From contig CATNEN010000038.1 in the NCBI GenBank assembly GCA_950097015.1, positions 34,224,001 to 34,288,000 on the forward strand: a stretch of DNA of 64,000 nt, in the 5' to 3' direction. Origin of the DNA: Macrostomum hystrix (Eukaryota; Animalia; Platyhelminthes). Under the pieces are notes generated by a model. It was given only the letters and a program-made list of their open reading frames with translations, searched no databases and was not told the DNA's origin. A program made the position numbers and the translations under genes. Positions 1 through 11,078 of the stretch are shown one piece after another; the stretch's first letter is position 1, and every line of letters begins with the position of its first letter.

Positions 1-381
1 AGACGTTGTCATGGTTAATCAATGAACTCACCAGATCAAGCTGTGGCCATTGTGCCTTCAGATAAATGTAGCTAAGTCGTTAAAAAAGAATCACAGCAAG
101 TATTTTGCCTGTACTTGTCAACGTGAATGTATTTTTTTAATTTTAATGCGCAGATGACAATCACAGAGAAACATCTCTAAAAGCTGCTGCTTTTGAAGAA
201 TTTAAAGGCACAACTAGGGTAAAAGCTTTTAAAATGTGATGTATGATGCGTAGTTGAAAAGCTATTTGACAGACACTTTAATAGACAACGGCCAATAAAA
301 TGAAACTGCTTTAGTAACTGCTTCGACTTTCACAATAAATGTCCGCTGCATGTTTCACAAGCGAGTCTCACTAGCAACAAA

Positions 382-1221
382 ATGGGACCACTGCTAGCTC
401 AGCTAGTCCTGTTGCAGATTTTGAACAATCAAGCCACCAGCTGCAGAACCACCTTCCACCCAATTCTCACGGCGAACTGTGTGTCAAAAGTTCACCAGCA
501 GGCGCTCAATCTTGACATCGCGGCCTGCGCACTCCGCTGTCGGACAGCTCCGAGGTGCCGAGCCTTCGCCATGGAGCCGTCGACTCCGACGACGCAGCAG
601 CTCTGCCTGTTGTTCGCATTCGATGCCTGCAGCTCGCAGCTGCTGCTCGATCCCAGCTCGTGGAGCAGCGGCTGCGGCAGCAGAAGGCTCCGAGTGTTCG
701 TCAAGCAGTCGGAGGGTCTCGAGCCGGGCCGACTGTGTCCAGCCGACTATCGATGGGTGAGCGGCGTCAGTGGCAGCCAGTTCAAGGGATCGCTGTACAA
801 GGCTGCGGGGAACAGGCAGGTCGGGAGCTGGAACACCCAGGCTGTCAGCTGCCGGAGCTTCCTGAACATCTTGGAGGGCTCCGCCATGCCGCTGACGAAG
901 CTGGCCGATCTGAGCAGCGTCCAGGAGCTCCAGGATGTGAGGACGTCCATTGAACTCGCCAGTGGTGACATCTGGGTGGGCGCCACCTCACTGGGCAACG
1001 GCAGCTGGGCCTGGCCTGACTGCGGCTGGCCGCTGCCTCTCAGTACAACCGGCAATGGCGGACTGTGGAACACTGGCGAGCCCAACGAAGCAAACAGCAG
1101 CGACATTAGGGCCAGGATTTTGAGCTCGGGCCTCTCGGACCGACCCGCCAGTTTGCAGTTCTATAACGGTGCCTGCGAGTGCTCTGATCCATTTTCGTTC
1201 TTCACTACTACTGGCCTATGA
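382..1221 (+). CDS. Secreted PAN/apple-like + C-type lectin-like protein, paralog 1 (intronless)
   Basis: 279-aa ORF with a hydrophobic signal peptide. PAN-like C-x3-C-x5-C-x-AF...C-x-LF motif (CALRCRTAPRCRAF...CLLF). CTLD hallmarks CP..Y/W, A..C, L..L...EL, IWVG, W.W.D, W..GEPN, ACE. Confidence 0.85.
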   Translation: MGPLLAQLVLLQILNNQATSCRTTFHPILTANCVSKVHQQALNLDIAACALRCRTAPRCRAFAMEPSTPTTQQLCLLFAFDACSSQLLLDPSSWSSGCGSRRLRVFVKQSEGLEPGRLCPADYRWVSGVSGSQFKGSLYKAAGNRQVGSWNTQAVSCRSFLNILEGSAMPLTKLADLSSVQELQDVRTSIELASGDIWVGATSLGNGSWAWPDCGWPLPLSTTGNGGLWNTGEPNEANSSDIRARILSSGLSDRPASLQFYNGACECSDPFSFFTTTGL

Positions 1222-1320
1222 AGAGTTGTCATCAAGCTTAGGACTTAAGAAGGATGAATGTTCTTGTTTTATTCTTAATTGTGTCCTTGTTGGCTTACTG
1301 ATCTACTTAGTTTGCTTGTG

Positions 1321-1425
1321 TGAGATTCGCGGGCCAGAATTCGCGATCTTGCTTTGTTCTACAATTTCGAATCCGGGAGTGCAACGGCGCCTGCGAGTGC
1401 TCGGGCCCGTTTTGGTACTTTTGGC
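1321..1425 (+). pseudogene. Orphan 3'-terminal fragment of a PAN-CTL paralog
   Basis: Reads RARIRDLALFYNFESG, then after a 1-nt frameshift NGACECSGPFWYFW. Homologous to the last ~30 codons of the paralogs (RARI...NGACECSDPF). Confidence 0.75.
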
Positions 1426-1845
1426 AATACGTATGGTCTATTCGAAAGTCTGTGGTCAATACGTATGGTCTATTCGAAAGTCTGTGGTCAATACGTATGG
1501 TCTATTCGAAAGTCTGTGGTCAATTCGTATGGTCTATTCGAAAGTCTGTGGTCAATACATATGGTCTATTCGAACTGTGGTCAATACGTATGGTCTATTC
1601 GAACTGTGGTCAATACGTATGGTCTATTCGAACTGTGGTCAATACGTATGGTCTATTCGAACCAAAGATTATAAATACCAAATACCAAATACCAAATACC
1701 AAAGATGATAAATTATAAATTTAAATTTAATTAAAATTAATTAATTAATTAAAATTATAAATTTAAAATTATAAATTATAAATAAATAGGGTATTTATAA
1801 TCTTTGATTCGAGCTGTGGTCAATACGCATGGTCTATACGAACTA
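1422..1845. repeat. Minisatellite, 32-bp then 29-bp units (TGGTCAATACGTATGGTCTATTCGAA[AGT]CTG), interrupted by a MITE
   Basis: About 8 tandem units to 1662 plus one displaced unit at ~1807-1845. Confidence 0.9.
1663..1806. mobile_element. 144-bp MITE, P-element-superfamily-like
   Basis: TIR CAAAGATTATAAATACC...GGTATTTATAATCTTTG; 8-bp TSD ATTCGAAC/ATTCGAGC; CANRG terminus. Confidence 0.7.
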
Positions 1846-2664
1846 TAAATTATCAATGTGAACTACCAGCTATAAAATAAAAAAGCGCACTATGAATACC
1901 ATAGACATAAATATGTCAGCTAAAATGTCTTAGGGTAAAAAGAAATCCTTCGCGTCCGTCTGTCAACTTTCCTTTTAACGGCCATAGACAAAACGACGAC
2001 TTTCGAAAAGCGAAGAGCACTCAATCTGAGATCGGAGCGCTTCTTAATTGATTGCTATCCGCTGCTCTGTTTAGTGTTAAAAATCAACCAATTAGTTTGT
2101 ACTCAGTTATCCCAGACAGTCAAACGGTAACAGCCGTGCAAATTCCTGGCAGTCAGGTATGTGACACCTGCCAGAGAGTATATGGTGCTTAATTGTAAAC
2201 TGATAATGTCAGCGTTAATGAAGACCGTTGCAGATAATGTCAATAAAAGTCAAAATCTAAATCGATCAATGCTTGTCAATCAAAAATGAATCTGTTGATT
2301 GCCTTCCGTCCGTCTGCATTAGCAGCCCTGCATTAGAATAACAAAATAGAACGGAAGGGACAGCATGAAAAGTAAGCACTATACGAGCTTGACTGAACTG
2401 ACGTCCTGCTGGCACTAAAAGCCCCAGCTCTGGCGTCTATTGAGGCCTTAGCAAAATTATAACGACATGTTTGAGAGACTGGCGACGCAAGCCTTGAGCC
2501 CATAAAAGTGATACAGTGAGAGTTATATTTGTCGCCATGGAGACACATTTAGTGGCCCAGTACGGCTATAGAAAGCAAGCATTTCTAAAAAAGTCTATCT
2601 AAAAAAAATCGTCAAAGCTAGAGCCCAGAACTTTTTCCATTGGCTAAAAGCACAGAGAGTAGCC

Positions 2665-3507
2665 ATGTTTGCTCTGCTGGCTCATCTACTCCTGCTGCAC
2701 ATGCTGAGTTGTCCAGCCGCTAGCTGCGGCAACTTCCACTCGATTCTTACATCGAACTGCGTGTCACCAGCCTACCAGCGTGTGATGTCAGTCGGTCCAG
2801 ACCTCGCCTCTGGTACCGTGGCCTGCGCTGCTCGCTGTCGAACAGCTCCGAGGTGTCGAGCCTTCGCCATGGAGCCGTCGACTCCGACGACGCAGCAGCT
2901 CTGCCTGCTGTTCGCATTCGATGCCTGCAGCTCGCAGCTGCTGCTCGATCCCAGCTCGTGGAGCAGCGGCTGCGGCAGCAGAAGGCTCCGAGTGTTCGTC
3001 AAGCAGTCGGAGGGTCTCGAGCCGGGCCGACTGTGTCCAGCCGACTATCGATGGGTGAGCGGCGTCAGCGGCAGCCAGTTCAAGGGATCGCTGTACAAGG
3101 CTGCGGGGAACAGGCAGGTCGGGAACTGGAACACCCAGGCTGTCAGCTGCCGGAGCTTCCTGAAAATCTTGGAGGGCTCCGCCATGCTGCTGACGAAGCT
3201 GGCCGATCTGAGCAGCGTCCAGGAGCTCCAGGACTTGCGGTCAACCACTGGACTCGCTAATGAGGAAGTGTGGGTGAGTGCAGCTCTTCTGGTCAACGGC
3301 AGCTGGGCCTGGTCTGACTGCGGCTGGCCCCTGCCCCTCATAGACGCCAGCCGTGGTGGACTGTGGGTAGCAGGCGGTCCGAACAGTCTCGGCAGCGCAA
3401 CTGTTCACGCGAGGATCGTGGGCGCCGCTATCAATGACATTGCGGACTCGCGGGATTACCATGGAGCCTGCGAATGCATTGATCCATTTTGGTTGTTTTC
3501 GCTGTAA
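2665..3507 (+). CDS. Secreted PAN/apple-like + C-type lectin-like protein, paralog 2
   Basis: 280-aa ORF with signal peptide; same domain motifs as paralog 1; GPN in place of EPN. Confidence 0.85.
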   Translation: MFALLAHLLLLHMLSCPAASCGNFHSILTSNCVSPAYQRVMSVGPDLASGTVACAARCRTAPRCRAFAMEPSTPTTQQLCLLFAFDACSSQLLLDPSSWSSGCGSRRLRVFVKQSEGLEPGRLCPADYRWVSGVSGSQFKGSLYKAAGNRQVGNWNTQAVSCRSFLKILEGSAMLLTKLADLSSVQELQDLRSTTGLANEEVWVSAALLVNGSWAWSDCGWPLPLIDASRGGLWVAGGPNSLGSATVHARIVGAAINDIADSRDYHGACECIDPFWLFSL

Positions 3508-3924
3508 AGCTTCTTTATACACTTTAGTTCTCCGAGGCAGTACATTTTGAAATTAATAGAAATACGAGTAGTGTGATGCTCGATATCTCTTTGACACTAA
3601 CATGCTGCACCGAGACAACATCTTTATAGTCTAGGCACAGACACAGAATTAAACATTGCAAGGAATATCCTTTGTCACTGCGATAATTCGACTAATTTAT
3701 GCCGATGATTTTTTCTGCACTTATATTCAATAATTTCACTTGTTTCTTGCGAGACAAGGCAATTTATTAGTTTATGCTTAGTAAACACACTGACGACTTT
3801 TGTAATGGCAACTGCACTAAGAGAGTAAAAGCTTTTTCTATCTCAAATATCTAAACAATATTATTAAAGCAGCTTTTTTGCAGCAAAATAAAAAAATGTA
3901 ATTTTTTAATTGATAAACAAATTT

Positions 3925-4106
3925 CACCTAACCCGATTGGGCCAGATGTACAGCCGACAGCAATTGCGCGGCGCATCGAAAGGCTGCGTACGACTGTTCA
4001 GTCCGTGGACTGTGGGACGACACACTCAGCCTCAATTTCGCCAGCATCACTTCAGATGCTAGTAACGATTAAACTGCTGAATTGACTAAATCAAATTTAG
4101 AGTTCA
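3925..4106 (-). mobile_element. SINE family A, partial copy (no tRNA head)
   Basis: Matches the body of the full copies at 7931-8228 and 21990-22290. Confidence 0.7.
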
Positions 4107-4189
4107 GTTTGTTACTAAATCTACCATGGCTCCACCATGCTGCTGACTTCGAGTTCGCGCCGATCTAACCATAGGCTGAAACCCCTCTA

Positions 4190-4821
4190 GGCCATACTCC
4201 GGAGGGTGACTGGTACGCCGGAGATTTCCGGCGTACCAAATGAGTTTTCCAAAAAATTGGCGTACCACCGATTCGAAAAAGCATTTGGCGTAACACCTTT
4301 GGCGTACCACCAAGCTGAAGTTGAATTGGCGTACCACTTTTAGCGTACCATTGGCACCACCAGGCAAAAATTGTTGCCAGAGTAAAAACTTTTTGTAATT
4401 TTGCGTAAATTACGACATAAAAGATACGACTACATCACACGACAATGTATTTTACGTAAAAAATTGCATATATTTTTTCCTGCATTGTATAACTTGATTA
4501 ATCATTTTATAAATATATTAATAAAATATTGTAGCCTAGTATTATTGGTAAATAAATTTCTGAGCGCTGATTATATCTGTTATTTTTTAATAATTGTTAA
4601 AGTTTGTCCGCTATATTTTTACCGTTTTCAAAGTCGAAATGTTATTATTATTATTATATTATTATTATTATTATTATTATTATTCTGTTATTATTTTTAG
4701 TGCCGCAACGTTATACACTGAGGGACCCCCACGTCTTTCTTTTGGCGTACCACTGGTGTACCACTTGGGAATCCTCCTTTTTCCTTCCGGCGTACCACAT
4801 TACACCATCCGGACTATGGCC
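4190..4821. mobile_element. MITE with ~35-bp imperfect TIRs and GGCGTACCAC subterminal repeats
   Basis: Left end GGCCATACTCCGGAGGGTG..TGGTACGCCGG; right end CCGGCGTACCAC..CACCATCCGGACTATGGCC; flanked by duplicated (C)TCTA(G); about 9 GGCGTACCA-like motifs; AT-rich centre. Confidence 0.75.
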
Positions 4822-4953
4822 TCTAGGTAATAAACGGATTTTATGTTCTTTTAAAAGAAACTGAAATTAACTACAAGGAGCTTATTGCAATACGCGGAAT
4901 CCAGGGACCAATGAAGAGAAACCTCTATAGGCCAATGTATTCATCTAAAAAAT

Positions 4954-4961
4954 GTATAAAA
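4954..4961 (+). promoter_or_regulatory. Putative TATA box of paralog 3
   Basis: TATAAAAA ~60 bp upstream of the ATG at 5016, with CCAAT motifs at ~4908 and ~4932. Confidence 0.4.
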
Positions 4962-5015
4962 AGGAAAAGTGTGACATTCATAAGCAAAAAACACGGCATC
5001 TGAAAGGGGAACAAC

Positions 5016-5891
5016 ATGCAGTTGAGCCGCAAGATTCAAAAGTTTCTTCTCATTCTGGGGTTTGCTATGTCGCTGCTGAATAGCCAGCCAAACACTGCTG
5101 ACTGCGGACGGAGGGTCCCCTTCCACCCGATTTGGACCTCGAACTGCGTGTCCCCTCAGCACCTTCAGCTGCTCAGTCTTGACATCGCTGCATGCGCACT
5201 CCGCTGTCGGACAGCTCCGAGGTGCCGAGCCTTCGCCATGGAGCCGTCGACTCCGACGACGCAGCAGCTCTGCCTGCTGTTCGCATTCGATGCCTGCAGC
5301 TCGCAGCTGCTGCTCGATCCCAGCTCGTGGAGCAGCGGCTGCGGCAGCAGAAGGCTCCGAGTGTTCGTCAAGCAGTCGGAGGGTCTCGAGCCGGGCCGAC
5401 TGTGTCCAGCCGACTATCGATGGGTGAGCGGCGTCAGCGGCAGCCAGTTCAAGGGATCGCTGTACAAGGCTGCGGGGAACAGGCAGGTCGGGAACTGGAA
5501 CGCCCAGGCTGTCAGCTGCCGGAGCTTTCTGAGCATCTCGGACGGCTCCGCCATGCCGCTGACGAAGCTGGCCGATCTGAGCAGCGTCCAGGAGCTCCAG
5601 GATGTGAGGACGTCGACTGGACTTTCAGCTGAGCAGATCTGGGTGGGCGCCGCCTCACTGAGCAACGGCAGCTGGGCCTGGTCTGACTGCGGCTGGCCGC
5701 TGCCTCTGCTTAAGACGAACACTGGAGGACTTTGGAAGCCGGGCGAGCCAAGCAATCCGAACAGGGTGGGAAACCGTGCCAGGCTATTCAGTGCCGATAT
5801 GGCAGACTCGGACAGCAGCGAGCAGTTCCACGCAGCCTGCGAATGCGCTGATCCATTCTTCTCTGTTTCTGCCGTTGACTTTCTGCCGTAA
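5016..5891 (+). CDS. Secreted PAN/apple-like + C-type lectin-like protein, paralog 3
   Basis: 291-aa ORF with signal peptide; same motifs; EPS in the ligand loop. Confidence 0.85.
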   Translation: MQLSRKIQKFLLILGFAMSLLNSQPNTADCGRRVPFHPIWTSNCVSPQHLQLLSLDIAACALRCRTAPRCRAFAMEPSTPTTQQLCLLFAFDACSSQLLLDPSSWSSGCGSRRLRVFVKQSEGLEPGRLCPADYRWVSGVSGSQFKGSLYKAAGNRQVGNWNAQAVSCRSFLSISDGSAMPLTKLADLSSVQELQDVRTSTGLSAEQIWVGAASLSNGSWAWSDCGWPLPLLKTNTGGLWKPGEPSNPNRVGNRARLFSADMADSDSSEQFHAACECADPFFSVSAVDFLP

Positions 5892-5971
5892 ATGAGCAGC
5901 GGTGTCAGAGCAGCTTCTACTCGAGTGATTCTATCGGCTGTCTGAGCAGAGGGACACAGATTTGATGCTTT

Positions 5972-6918
5972 TGTTGTGAGCTGCGTCTCACAACGCCCTT
6001 GCCCCGACCCCTGCGTTCTCTAAACTTTCCACCCCCAGTCACCTGCTCAATCCAGTTCTACCCGGCCCCGTCTTAGCCCACCCTCCTTTTCGTTGTTTTT
6101 CACTCGCCCATTGGCTGCCCCCTGCGCCGTCTTCGCTTTGGGGGCTAGCCCAATCAGGTCTCTCGCCAAGGAGACTTCTGATTGGCTAGCCTTCCACCTT
6201 TGCTCTCTCTCTCTCGGCTCTCGACCCTGTGAGTTTTGCCCCCACTCCCAGCCCTGCGTGGCTTAGCCTCCCCCGGCCCTGCGTGGCTCCGCTCTGCCCC
6301 GTCCAGCCATATGCTCTCGCCCCCCACCCTACGCTGTTATTTATTCGCGCGCGCTGCCCGTGGCCAGCTCGCCCGCGCCGCTCCGCCCGAGTACTGCCTT
6401 GAGAACGCTGTCTTGAGTTAGAGCAATAACTTAAATAGGAGGTTAGGCGCGAACGATTGTTATAGAATAAATTACGCAGCCTGAGACACTTCGATTGATT
6501 TGAGTGCAGCGTTCGATCCCTCCCGTTAAGAAAAGCTTTAACGAGTTATTTACTCGTATTTGTCCGTGCTCCAAACTTGTTCATCTGCCCGAAATCTGCT
6601 ACTTCCCAAGCTCATCATCATCACCTTTCTCCTCCAGAGTCTTCTCTCGAGTCTGCGAAGCGTCGGTACGCCTCCAGACCGTCATCCAGCTCTCTCTGGG
6701 GCTGTCGAGTGGCTACCTGCTCGCAGTGAAATCACTCGCGCATCTTCTGTGTCGGGCTTAGCGAGTGTCTATACGCTCCAAGCCCATTCCGTTTCCGCTC
6801 GGAGTGTCTGAACGCCTCGAGGGTCGCCGCGTCCCATCCCTCATCCCCGGCAAGCTTTGGGCAGTCTGTACCCGAACCCTGGCTACCACGCCTGCGAGCG
6901 GTAGCGGCAATTACAACA
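5972..6918 (+). mobile_element. Solo LTR (Ty3/Gypsy-like)
   Basis: TGTTGT...ACAACA termini; perfect 4-bp TSD CTTT (5968-5971 and 6919-6922); internal CCAAT boxes and AATAAA at ~6466; no coding remnant. Orientation tentative. Confidence 0.8.
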
Positions 6919-7930
6919 CTTTCTATTTGTTTCAATCAGAATTCCTGTTCAGAGTTCAGGCTTGCAGCGAGATGCATGCACGTCAGACAACTGACGTCAG
7001 AGACAAGTTCTAATTCGGAAACATATTCTACTGAAAATTAGGAATCAAATATAATTTTGCCTTCATCTTTCTTTGCTCTGGTTAACGCCTGAAGGCACGA
7101 AACTAGGTCGATAGCAACTTCAAAAAGAATTGACCATGGGCCACTGAATATTTAACTTTTAAACAGTAGACCACGGGCCTTTTTGAAATACCGACATGTA
7201 TCGCCCAAAACATTCCACCAATCGCGATAAAAATCCAGCTCACGGGCTAAATTTCCGCTCCATCCGATGAAGCAACTTCCAGAATCACAGAACATCAGCA
7301 TCGTCGAAATATTCAACTATATTCGTCGGAGTCTCTGGTGGCAAGAACCACCAATATAGGCATCATGTTGCTGCTCGAAAAATCTCATCATTTAATTATG
7401 TCCGCTATCATTGTTGACTATTTTGGATAGATCGAATTATTTTTTTTTCATTTCTGAACCAATATGGATTCGCCATAGAGTTTATATATAGTAGAGCAAT
7501 GTTACTTGTCATAGGGCGGAAAATGTAGCTTCATTTTTGGACTTTCACGAAAATCGGTCATTCTGTTTGGGAGCTATCGTGAAGTAGGCAGCGGGTATTT
7601 GAAATGCCACTGTGGTCTTTCCCCAAGGGAGAAAGTCTTAGAAAATCTCCTTTGTGAATTATTTTCATTTTAACCGAATAATTTTCCTTTTTCACGTCTT
7701 CCTTTTCATATTCTTTGAATCGGAAGTATATCGAATCGCCCAAAGCTTTGACATGCAAGTGTCTGTGGGATATTGCGATTGACAGCTGGCTCCAAAAAGT
7801 TTTCCTTTTTGTAGTTTAATAGACAAATGAAGTTAGTAAAGATGAAAAAACCGAAAATAGAAGTTTGTAATCAAGCGAATTTGCAATGCTTTTTGTCTAC
7901 TATTAGTAGCACATTTTTTCTGGTCGCCTA

Positions 7931-8228
7931 ATAATTAAATATAATAACTGATTACACCTGCCCCAATTAGGCCAGTTTAGCACAGCAGCAGCTATTGCGC
8001 GGCGCATCTGAAAGCTGCGTACGGCTTTTCAGTCCATGGACTGGAGGGACGCCACACCCACCTTCAATTACCACAGCCAATGCTGGTACCAATTTAACAG
8101 CTGAGTGAACTAAAGCAATATAGAGTTAAGTGTCTTGCTAAAAGGCACAATTTTTTCCAGCCGAGTTGGGAATCGAACCCCGACCACCAAGTCGTGAGTC
8201 CGACGCTCTAACCACTAGGCTACAGCCT
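7931..8228 (-). mobile_element. SINE family A, full length (tRNA head + CORE-like domain)
   Basis: The reverse strand has A box TAGCCTAGTGG and B box GGTTCGATTCCC, then a CORE/MIR-like GTGCCTTTTAGCAAGACACTTAAC...CAGCTGTTAAATTGGTACC segment and an AT-rich tail. Confidence 0.85.
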
Positions 8229-8348
8229 TCGGCAGCTTAGTTTTGTGAGAATACCCGTTTAATTTAGCGAATCGAGTAAAACGATATTTTTCATTTTTTC
8301 ATAAACCATCGTAACGATAAAAAAGTTATCGCACTTTAGATATTTTGT

Positions 8349-8598
8349 GCCAGATGTACAATTGAGCCAGATGTACAATTGAGCCAGATGTACAATTGAG
8401 CCAGATGTACAATTGAGCCAGATGTACAATTGAGCCAGATGTACAATTGAGCCAGATGTACAATTGAGCCAGATGTACAATTGAGCCAGATGTACAATTG
8501 AGCCAGATGTACAATTGAGCCAGATGTACAATTGAGCCAGATGTACAATTGAGCCAGATGTACAGTTGAGCCAGATGTACAATTTAGCCAGATGTACA
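8349..8598. repeat. Minisatellite, 17-bp unit GCCAGATGTACAATTGA, ~15 copies
   Basis: Direct tandem repeats. Confidence 0.95.
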
Positions 8599-8937
8599 AG
8601 TGGCTTAAGACGCTTGCACGTTACAAAATAGTATATCTTTCTACTGGCCTCACCAATCGTGTTCATTAAAAAGTATAACCTGTCCTGATCCCATACATTC
8701 AATCAAATCATCAGTTCATGCAACTCGGGATATGCAACTCTAGCGCTGCAGCCAATGAGGTGAGCTTGATCCCAATACGACTCTACAGATCAAAATCTGC
8801 TTTTGACAACTGTGAAAGTGAGCAAGTTTAAAGCTGTATCTGAAATAGACTGCCATTTTATATCCTTACTTTCTTACTATCTGCACAGTCAGCGATCTTT
8901 ACAAGTGTGTTGTTACGGTCCGAGGTAATTTAGTAAG

Positions 8938-9411
8938 ACGTGGAGCAGCGGCTGCGGCAGCAGAAGGCTCCGAGTGTTCGTCAAGCAGTCGGAGGGTCTC
9001 GAGCCGGGCCGACTGAGTCCAGCCGACTGGGTGAGCGGCGTCAGCGGCAGCCAGTTCAAGGGATCGCTGTACAAGGCTGTGGGGAACAGGCAGGTCGGGA
9101 GCTGGAACACCCAGGCTGTCAGCTGCCGGAGCTTCCTGAACATCTTGGAGGGCTCCGCCATGCCGCTGACGAAGCTGGCCGATCTGAGCAGCGTCCAGGA
9201 GCTCCAGGACTTGCGGTCAACCACCGCTAATGAGGCCTGGTCTGACTGCGGCTGGCCCCTCCAAGCTACAGCCATGGAACGCCTATGGAATGGTGGCGGA
9301 AGCGGCTCCAACGTACGTGGCCGGATAGTCAGCCTGGGCCTATCGGAGAGAAGCGGCTCCATGAGTTTCCATGGCGCTTGCGAGTGCAGCGATCCGTTCT
9401 GGCTTTTTTAA
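8938..9411 (+). pseudogene. 5'-truncated, internally deleted PAN-CTL paralog 4
   Basis: Near-identical to the paralog core from WSSGCG onward; lacks the signal peptide and PAN N-terminus; deletion removes the WVG motif; reading frame stays open to the stop at 9411. Confidence 0.8.
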
Positions 9412-9521
9412 CAATACGCTGGCGAGAGAGCTCTAGCTGTTTGGAATCTCTGCTATCCCAAATAGGCCCCTGGCTAAACTCTGATTCGTAGAATTGTAGA
9501 TGTGGCTTTCTTCCTCAAGAG

Positions 9522-10688
<1,167 letters not shown>

Positions 10689-11078
10689 CTCTAGAGGAAC
10701 TGTGAGCAAAATTGAAAAAATACTAACGGAAGTTACGGAATATATGAATAGTTTTCAATGCATTGCAAAAGTAACGTCAGTGGTAATAAAAAAGACAACA
10801 CAGAGAACTCCAAATACACATTGCTTTTGATTCTTAAGTATTGGTTCGACTTTTCTGTTTAAATAGAGACATATAATTGCTTTGTCCTCACATGTAGCAG
10901 AATTTATGACATAAATAGTATCAACGCTGGGAATCTGGGAATGGTTCTCGGGGTTTTGAACATGAATCAATAAGCATTAGTCCAAATAAGGCAGCTGTAA
11001 ATTATAAGTCGAAAACGCCCATTTCAATAAGGAAAAGCGAATAGACTTTCCCGCACGCGTTAGATCCCGCACTGAGCT

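Noticed and set aside
479-5755. Overlapping alternative-frame and antisense ORFs conserved across the lectin paralogs
   Set aside because: Explained by GC-rich codon usage plus near-identity of the core; there is no independent coding signature.
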